Source: Pocillopora damicornis | Lineage: Eukaryota | DNA length: 64,000 nucleotides | Assembly: GCF_003704095.1 (NCBI RefSeq) | Contig: NW_020844031.1 | Coordinates: 248,001-312,000, forward strand | Reading direction: 5' to 3' | Shown here: piece by piece, positions 55,025 through 64,000 of the stretch | Layout of the letters: the number at the start of each line of letters is the position of its first letter | How positions within the stretch are numbered: position 1 is the first letter of the stretch | Program-made: the position numbers and the translations under genes | The notes under the pieces: model-generated | The model's input: only the letters and a program-made list of their open reading frames with translations | Database searches by the model: none | What the model was told of the DNA's origin: nothing

Positions 55025-58000
55025 ATGAAGCTTTTAGTTACCATTATTCCCTTGTTCGTAGGTCTATCGACATTTTCACGGTAAGCTTTCGCTTTAATTT
55101 ATTTATGAAGATAAAATTAGATAGCAACAGTGCGATTAATGCGTCCTCGTTGTTGTAATAATACTTTTTCTGTCGTAAAGAAACACTCTAACGGTTGTAA
55201 GCTTATCATCTTGTATAAAAAGTATACAGGTCATGCGTGAGCAATTTAAAATTTAGTGCGCCGCTTGCCCTAACACACAAAGTAGTTGAAAGGCGTGGAG
55301 ATGCCGAGCTCAATTTCGCAACGGAATGACTGCTTAGTTTTGTTATAACTAGGGGCACTGTATTCTTCCTACTTCCTATGCATTCATATTTTTGTTTATT
55401 CAATTATTTGCGCATAAGCCAAGTTCTGAGTCACAGCTGGACTACTATTGATCCTGACCGAGCTAAGAAAACGATGCGCATCTATCTGCATCCTAGTGAG
55501 ATATCACCGCTAAGGGCGAGAAAGAGAGCTGCATGGAATCAGTTTGTATTCTAATGGAAATTATCAGCACTTTGGAGTATTCACTCTATCAAAAGATAAA
55601 CTGTAAGGAAATGAATTGAAAACTGCGCTGAACTGCCAGATCAAAAATCGCCTTTTATGGTTTAAGTATGGAGTGTGCTTTTTTTGGCCACTAAAGCCAC
55701 GCTGTCATGAAGCAATGATCATTATATTTGAATAAGTCACCTTCGCGCTCTAAACTATGGAAAATAACTGACGCGACTCTTATCTGTTGCGTAATTTTTA
55801 CGCACGATAGGTTTCAGCTCAAAAGACGCTTCGTTCCATATCAATAAACTTGATTTATGTATTGTGTGCATGTATTCCGCGACAACAACAAACACACGAA
55901 TACTATTTAAGGTCAAAGTGGCTCAAAATGGTTTCATTTTCCTCAGAACCAGGTCTTTGATGGTTCGAATTCGTGGTTACTATTTAAAACTGATCTTTAG
56001 AAGTGCAAAAGTTTGCAAATGTGACATTTTGCCCCATCAGTCGGTTGGCAGTCAGTAAAGGGCGTGTTCGCTCATCTGGAAAAATACGAGTTTATCGGAC
56101 CAAAACTGTAGAACAGTATGTAGCATTGATGTTGTGTCGGCACACTGGATTTTAAGCATAATAATGAAGCAGAAGAATCGAGTATTACACTGGAATAATA
56201 ACGCAAAATAAATGATTAAACAAACAATAACCTAAAGAAACCATTACATTGATTGTACTTATTTTTATGTTAATTAAAATGGAGCCTAACGGTGATGGTA
56301 TTTGAATTTTAGAGTGACATTTTCTGAGCACAAAGAATGAGCATAATAATGTAAAACATGGAGCCTAACTGAACGAATCTAATCAACACCCTTCTGTTAA
56401 TCTGCGCTCGTAGGAAAGCTTTGAGAAAATTAAAAAAAGTAAGAAAGCGTTCCATTTGATTGAAGTAAAGGGAGAGAATTGGAATTCGACCGTCAAGCTC
56501 CAAAACAAGAGTACACCACAACGATGATTTTTTTTTTGGCCGAAGATCATTGGTTTTTATTCCAATATCGGAAGCAATACTTAGAAAGTGAACAATACAG
56601 TACTAATACAATTTACGTTACAATACTTATAATACTATTAATAAAAAAACGTTGCTTAAATTTTTAATAAGGGAGAGTTTCAAAAACAACAACAAAACAC
56701 ATTAACACCAGTTATGTAAAGTAAATATAATTGTCAACACGCTAGGTTAAAAATTACGATACATGCTGGAAACAAAGTTCTTCGTGCCTACACCGAGAGT
56801 GCACCCCACCCCCTCCTAAGCCGATACTGAATTTTTACCAGACCCTAACATCCATTCTAAATGATTTGTGCTATGCTTTTGGTTTAAGGTTTGCCTCGGC
56901 TGTCGACTGTGAGGTGTCCCTACCTCAACACGCCTCCCCTAAGTGTGCAGCCATCAGAAATGATACTCTAAACAAACTCAAAGAAACTTATACCATGAAA
57001 CCAAGTCAATACAGCTTTGTGCTGTTGAACATGACCATTTCTGAGCTGGGAGCTGTCGCCCTAAAGGACCCATTTATCAGTTACTACGTCAGGGCATACG
57101 TGGGAATGACCCAGACAAATAACCAGATTTTAGCGAAGTACAATAACGCAACTGCAGGACAAGATATAACTGGATTGTCGGACTATCTCGAGATGTCAGA
57201 GTTTTTCCAGACAGTTCTAGAGCCAGTACTTGGGGTAAATATAATTTTCTTCCCTGTTTATGATGTAAGGGTGTTTTGAGACCTGCAAGAGGGCTCCACG
57301 ATTGGACAGCACAGCCATTGACAAAGCCCTCCTTACTAAAACTTTCCTCAGGAGTTCTTCACCTCAATAAAAATTTCACACGTGCAAAACAAAACAAATC
57401 CTGAGGTAAAAGGTTCAAACTTCTTCGCTCCCGTACACGGGACTTTCCCTCTACATAGCGTAGCTTTGTTCGGGTTGTTCCACTGAGCTCCCATGTTGAA
57501 GTTAGGGGGACTTCCAAGATGAATCCTGAGCGAGAGGAACAACCTTTTTTACTGTGGTCTTCGTTGCTGAGTTCCAGATGATGTCTCTTTTTCAGTTCTC
57601 GTTTCTATTCTTCAGGTATTCTCTAGATTTTCTAGAATTTTCCACCATCCTTCCACCTTGTGAGCTCCACCTCCAGACTTGTTTTCACAATAGCTGGTCT
57701 TACCAGTGGCCTTTTCTCGTAGCATTCGACCCACTAAGTCCATTCCTGTAAGGTTGTCATCTGATTCCAGTCAGTAAACAAATTAATTAATTATTTTTTC
57801 GCCTCTAGGAATATGTGAGGTCGGCTTCAAGGCACGAAGCATTTATCGACGACAAAACCCAATGGATTAGCGATAAATTTTTCGCTCAGCAGCGTCTAGC
57901 AGGGAATAACCCGTTGACAATCAGACGGGTAACCATGAAAGGTCAGTAAGGTAGAACTCATTTTTAATGCACGGCAAGAGATTATCAACCGACTTATAAT

Positions 58001-61000
58001 TTCTTGTATAGGGTCAAGTCTGTACTGAAACTAAATGGCCCACCCAGATAAACGCCATGGCCCAATGAATACTGCGCTGGACTCCGGGTCGAGTCCTGGC
58101 TTTGTCAAAGAGTATTGTTCTTGGAAAATATATTTGACGCTCACATTGCCTCTCTCCGCCCAGGAGCGTAAAAGGGCACCGGCGAATTGTCAGTATGACC
58201 GAAAAAATTGTGACAAACGTATACCCGGGGCAGCTGACAGTGGGATCATTGTAGTGCATTATGGGCCACCAGATCAGCTGAATGACATATTAACACAAAT
58301 GAGTACGTAGTGACAGACGGATGGACAGCGACACTGAACTGCCTACTGATAGTCTTAGGCTGCGTAACTGACAAACTGATGTAGTATATATATATATACA
58401 TATAGTAATACTGACTGTTTGCCCTGCCTCAGTGATAAAGACAATTTTTAATGTATGCAACTTAGGATGTGCAGCAAAGACAATTCAAGGGGCGTGTTGC
58501 CGTTTCCCGTTTAAATATCGTGGTAAAGTTTATCGTCAGTGTACGAGGGTAGGAAGCCATAGGCCTTGGTGTTTTACGGCGGCAAAGAAATGGGGAAAGA
58601 GACGGAAATGGGGATATTGTGCAGGTAGAATGAAACTTACTCTGATAATTCGTTCAGTAATTGTCTTAAATCATATTTCACTTTGTTGTCTTCCGTTAAA
58701 TCATGCGTTTATTTTTCTTTTGATTGATTTTTCATCTTTTGATGAAAAATTAAAACTGATCCTACACTTAACATACTTCAACTAAGAATGCATGCTCATG
58801 ATTTCACAACAGCAACACTTAGCGTTGCACCTAATGATATTTCTACGAGTTGTTACAGAGGTGCCAGAGCATAAGAATGAATATGACTAAATGGTAAAGT
58901 TTCATACCCAATATACGACACAAACATAGAAACCCATGTTTAGCGCCAATCTCTTACCCAGATCGTACCGTGTAATTGTAACTGTTTGGCCGTGAAAGGT
59001 CTTGGTATGAGACTAGTTCAGCCCTTAAAGCGGACACAATTTTACCATAAAGCCCACAATACCCATTTTGTTGTAGTTCTCGACGTTTCAATTTTTAAGT
59101 TAACATGATCACCACACTTCTTTCTCAGAACAAGAACCAGAAATATCAGGACTGGATTTCGGTATATTGAAGAAGACAATGAACCTTGACTTTGACTGGG
59201 ATGGTGCCGTCAGAGCGGCTTTGGGAACTGGTGGTTCTTTGGAAGATGTATGTTCGCTTAATTTGTTAACTTCAGTGACAAAAGTCTGAGGTGTGAGTGT
59301 GCATAAAAATCTCCTCGCGGAAAAATGGTGTCTCTGAGCTTTTAACATCAGGTTTTTCATTTTGATTTGTCTTAGTCTTTAACTATGACAGGAAAGTCTA
59401 GGAACGTTTCAACTTATATGGCCTAATCCTTGTTTGTATTGTACTTTAGGCGATAAAGCAGGGTCGCATTTATGCTCTTCGTTACGAGTTGTGCGACGAT
59501 TTGGGTCGAGCTCCTGACCTCACAGAAAGAGACCCTCAGAGGGAGATGTGGAATTTCCTTTCTCCCATCGCTTTTTTTGCATCAAAGACGGTTAGAGGAA
59601 AAAGGAATGAATTTGTACCTGTTGCTATACAAATGGACCACCCACCAGGTTAGCTACAATAGACGTTTTGGCAAATAATGAGACAAATACCATTGCATAA
59701 GAGTGACGACTGCACTCAGAAAAGTTACCACCAGTGGAAATTGTGGAGGAATTCCTGATACCTAACTGCACTATGTTCCTGCCTCTGTTACTCGTAATCT
59801 CGAGGCATGAGTTCCGTTACTGTAAGCTTAAACCCTTAAGACTCACTTTAACGTTATTTATATCATCTTTGCTAGATTCAGCGGTGTATACTCCAGCCGA
59901 TGGAGACAACTGGTTACTCGCCAAGCTTAATGTTCAGATCACAGACATCGGATATGCTCAAATCACTGAACATCTTGCCAAGGTAAAATCAGCTGAACAG
60001 TTCATTTATTACTAGGAATTAAGACGTAATTCATTTTTCGTGTAACAACAAGAGGAAAAAATATCAACACCCAATTTTCTATCGAATTTATTTGCAATTT
60101 AGCCGACAGATTTCTGGTCCCTCTGAAAAAAACTATCCTCTTTTTTACCTTTTGTTTGCTTTTTTTCTTGAGGGCATATTCAAACCCCTTAGCCTTCTAT
60201 TGGTTATCGGATGCTGCGTACCTACTGCACTGGCCTTTACGTACAGCTCTTCTAAACAAAACAGCTGGTTATCAAAATGCAAAAAGATTATAGCAAAGAA
60301 GTAATATCGCATAAGAAAATCAATTCAATCCCTATTTTAAAAAAAAACAAAATAGAACTAAACTGAATCAAAACAAAACAAGGGGAAATGATCTAGCGCC
60401 AAGGTGTAGGGTTTAGATTATTATTGGGGAAAGTGATTTACTATCAGTTTCAAACCAGCCCTTTCTGTAATATGAAGTGTCATATCGAGTAGTAGACATC
60501 CGTAAATAAGTGAAGAATATCTTCTTACAATCCTATAGATCCATTTCTTTGTGGAGCCCTTTTGTGTCTCTTTAAAACGTACCCTGCCGCCCATGCACCC
60601 GTTGAACCAAATGCTGAAGTATCATTGCCGAGAAGTGACCATCCCAAATACATTTGGAACACCTGTTCTTCTAGGCGATACTGGATTCGCAGCTTTGCTG
60701 TTTGCATATGGAAAAGAAGGGGCTTTAAAGCTTGTTCGAGATGTACATCCATTGACATCATGGGAAATAACTGACTACAGGGAAAACATCAAGGTATTTT
60801 TTATCCCTCACGGTACTTAGCTTGAAATATACCAGAGGGTATCACCCTTGCGCTACATATTTAATACTTCTTTAGATTATCTACGTTTCTGTGGCGTAAA
60901 AGCATATTTTTACTTTCCCAACAAAAAAATACTTCGTCTGGAATATCTTAATGTGTCCTTTTCAGGCTTCTCCTGAAAAAGTATCCTAACTGTTTAAGGG

Positions 61001-63497
61001 TGTAGAATGGTCTTCTAGATACTTTTATGGAAGCGTATAGCCATTCAGATCTGAGGAACGATCCTACATTTTCATGTAAATTTACGAGAATTTGAACAAA
61101 CAGAAAACTCTACACGACAATTCAAATATGCAGGACTTTCGAGCTAATCGTGCATAGGCAAAATGATGAACACTTGAAAAGTTTAAGGGAGCATTCACCA
61201 CTTCCCATTTGCATGTTATACAAGAAAGGATACTGAGAGTAATGGTGTTTGTCGAAACATTTTATACTAGACTGTGTTATAGTATCACCAATGTATAGAT
61301 TCTTCATACTGGTGGCCTCCTAATTTCAACTTGTTGAATTTTTAACTAAATTGTAAATTTATCTATGTTGTTGAGCGCATCTATATAATTCAATTCTAAT
61401 TTTGGGAATTAACTTCAAGTATTTCAAAATTTCCTTACGGTAATCAATTAAGGTCATTTCAACCAAGCTAGTGTTGCTTTATTTTAACCAGAAACGTGGA
61501 ATGTTCGACAGGAATCTTCTACCATACTATCCTTTCCGAGATGATGGTTTGGTGATCTTAAAAGTAATCGAAGATCTAGTGAGGAGTTACATTGACTTGT
61601 AAGTGAAACCGTAGATATACATTCGACTCGATATCTGTATAATCTGTTTATTCTGACTTGTATGATCTGGTTTGACAAAAATGAAAACAATAACAGTTGA
61701 ATAAAGGAAACTAAACGAAACGAAACAATGCGAAATGAAATACTACCCACGAAATTTGTAAGTCTGAAGGAAAACTTGATCCATCCAAACGCAAAACTCA
61801 TGAGCACATGGTCTAGACCATAATACGCATATCTAACCCAGTACCGCGCGGGCAGAGCAAAACTAACTGAGATGCTTTGCAATCAACAGAAATTGTATGC
61901 TGCAATGTTCTAAATCCATGCTCTAAGGAGCATTGGGAGAATTTTCTTGTCAATAGGAAAACAAATGAAGGAAAAAAAATGGGTAACCGTTCTGATAATG
62001 ACGGCATACAATGGTTTCATTTTTTTTTTCTTTTGTGCCGATCGATCAAAGCTTTGTTTGACTTAGACGACACTTAGGAATAAAAGTTAAAAAAACTGGG
62101 AAGCACCAAACTGGTAGTACAAAAGCAAGAAGGAACAAAAACTGATGCCTGAGATGGAGGAGATTAAAAAGGATTCCAAATGAAGATTTTGTAAATTGAT
62201 TGGTTCAACGTTTTTTCGTTGCACACCTCACGACGCAGCACTGTTAAGTTAACAATCTAGACTAATGGCGATCAAAGCAGGGAATGAAAATCAAATTCAA
62301 ATTTTGTGACTTTTTTCGTTTAGGTATTACAGAAGTGATCAAAACGTGAAGGAAGATGTGGAACTACAGGCGTACCTGAATGAGGTGTCACTGGATGGAA
62401 CTGGACCGAATGGAGGAATTGGTCAGGTATATTAAAATGTGGGTTATGGAAAACCTCAGGTGTACCAAAACCATTGTTAGTCATACCCATCTGATGATGT
62501 ATTGATGTCTTTATTGAAAACTTGTGCAGCATGATGCATGTACTCACAAGGTTCCTTGTAGATTGTCACTTGGGGTTGGGTCAGTACAGATCAGTACAGG
62601 CAATGAGTTCGAAACAAAACCGAGGTGTAACAACAAACACAGGTTGTACGCTTGCTTGAGAAGAACGACTTAACGTAGCCTTAGGATCCAAACTGGCTGA
62701 TCACGAGCGACTTACGCTTCTTGAGTAAGCCACGTCACAATGTACACATCACAAAATTGATCAATCAGTTTTAAAAGACAAGAGTTGTAAACCGCCTCAA
62801 CTTACAAAGAGCTTCCTATTTGATGCTGATGATGACTTTCGCCTTGGGATCAAACCGCTAGCCACAACTATAGATTAACGTCATTAACGTCAAGATCTGA
62901 ACAAGAGATTTCTACATGAACTGTTAATCCACAAGGTTTCATATAGTTTTTTTAGATCACTGAAGAAATTTTTGGTCGAAGAAATACCATTGAGTGACAA
63001 AAAAGTGCTTGTTTGTCTGTCAGTCTTTATCTTTGATGTCTTCAACAAATAAGCCCATCAGAACGATCCATCCTTACTTATGAATCGAAAGTCAGGAATT
63101 TATCCCACTTGAGTCTTGTGGCCAATTCAACCCTCCATGGCAAAATTGGCCTATACTATAAGACCACGGGATCACAATTTTTTGTCTGTAATGCTACCTG
63201 AAATGTACGCCCTTTGCACATTCTATCATGTTGTAAGTTACCGCTAAGGCTGATGACATTTCGTTCTCTTCCTCGCAGATAAAAGGTTTACCACCAAGTG
63301 TTGATTCCAAAAGAGAGCTCTGTGAAATTCTAAGTCGTTTTATTTCCCACTTGACTATCTATCACGCGTCGGTCAATTACGTTACAACGGATTACCCAGA
63401 ATACATCCCCAACCAACCAACTAAACTTTATAACGACTCCAGAGTGGAAGATGGACAATTCTCCTTTCTGCGACTGCCAAACAGAGCTGCAAGCGCA
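55025..63497 (+). CDS. Putatively secreted lipoxygenase with inserted fibronectin type II domain, 3' end beyond the window. Exons 55025-55080, 56889-57234, 57352-57405, 57809-57941, 58466-58624 (FN2), 59129-59247, 59450-59648, 59876-59982, 60539-60793, 61492-61598, 62324-62426, 63279-63497
   Basis: LOX motifs WISDKFFAQQRLAGNNP, PVAIQ, WLLAK...QITEHLAKIH, HPL...HCR, YPFRDDG, DVELQAYLNEV and HASVN. All phases are compatible. N-terminus MKLLVTIIPLFVGLSTFSRFASA looks like a signal peptide. Confidence 0.9.
58050..58210 (+). mobile_element. Diverged SINE in LOX intron
   Basis: ccgggtcgagtcctggc...tcacattgcctctctccgcccaggagcgtaaaagggcaccggcgaattg resembles the core at 18093. Confidence 0.45.
58466..58624 (+). 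CDS. Fibronectin type II domain exon (phase 1-1, 159 nt) within the lipoxygenase
   Basis: ttag|GCAAKTIQGACCRFPFKYRGKVYRQCTRVGSHRPWCFTAAKKWGKRRKWGYCA|gtagaa has the canonical C-x-FPF-x-Y-x-G...CT...PWC-x-T...WGYC pattern. Confidence 0.85.
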
Positions 63498-63544
63498 GTG
63501 AGTAAAAGTTTTATTGACTTTAGTTCCTCTGTTTAGTTTATGGT

Positions 63545-63730
63545 TAGGAGTAAGATTAACATGACTAGGTCTACCATTTTTTAGGAGTAAGATTAACATG
63601 ACTAGGTCTACCATTTTTTAGGAGTAAGATTAACATGACTAGGTCTACCATTTTTTAGGAGTAAGATTAACATGACTAGGTCTACCATTTTTTAGGAGTA
63701 AGATTAACATGACTAGGTCTACCATTTTTT
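63545..63730. repeat. Minisatellite, 5 x 37-38 bp
   Basis: ttaggagtaagattaacatgactaggtctaccatttt(t) occurs five times, differing only in T-run length. Confidence 0.95.
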
Positions 63731-64000
63731 CATGAAAATGAGCTTTAATTGGTCGTATCATTGGAAAGCTCCCACCACTCATCATCTCGCCTTACGTCTT
63801 TTATATACGATAAGATGGAATTTACTCTGAATCATGTTATTATTTCACCTCTTCGTCTGCTTATCAAAATTGCGATTCCTCAAGGAATAAACGATGTCAA
63901 ATCATGATAGTGTCTTGCTTTTGCATCTGGCACAATCACCAAAAAAACTTGATAGAAACTGAAACTAAGAAGACTCTAGACAAGGAAGACACTGTAAAAA

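Noticed and set aside
55025-57234. Allene oxide synthase-lipoxygenase fusion
   Set aside because: No catalase-like exons were recognised upstream, and the gene starts with a signal-peptide exon.
57616-57748. Additional LOX exon (cag|...|gtaagg)
   Set aside because: It has a stop codon in the required phase-0 frame, and the open frame shows no LOX similarity.
63545-63730. CRISPR-like array of ~37-bp repeats
   Set aside because: The units are directly adjacent with no unique spacers, there are no cas genes, and it lies in a eukaryotic intron.

Overview
AT-rich, intron-rich eukaryotic DNA. The gene families and repeats suggest a scleractinian coral (inference). The window is four contigs joined by 100-N gaps at 17993-18092, 42373-42472 and 52972-53071. 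Left: a minus-strand tandem cluster of secreted PAN/Apple + degenerate EGF + fibrinogen-N-like genes (two intact, one truncated and frameshifted), then a class A GPCR pseudogene. Middle: U2AF2 (U2AF65) is split. Exon 1 lies before gap 1, exons 3-14 lie after gap 2, and a 24-kb patchwork contig sits between them. That contig holds a BTAF1 fragment, an intact two-exon gene joining a DZIP3-type HEPN domain directly to 16 x 29-aa RI-type LRRs with no NACHT, piggyBac-type MITEs, SINEs, a Helitron relic, an inverted U2AF2 pseudogene fragment and a SAP/SWIM transposon-gene relic. Right: a lipoxygenase gene that runs off the window. It has a signal peptide, no recognisable PLAT domain, and a highly cationic fibronectin type II domain on a symmetric phase-1 exon inside the catalytic domain. 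The LOX-FN2 gene and the NACHT-less HEPN-LRR gene are the best candidates for undescribed systems. Exon structures were read manually from GT/AG signals and reading frame; no database searches were run.
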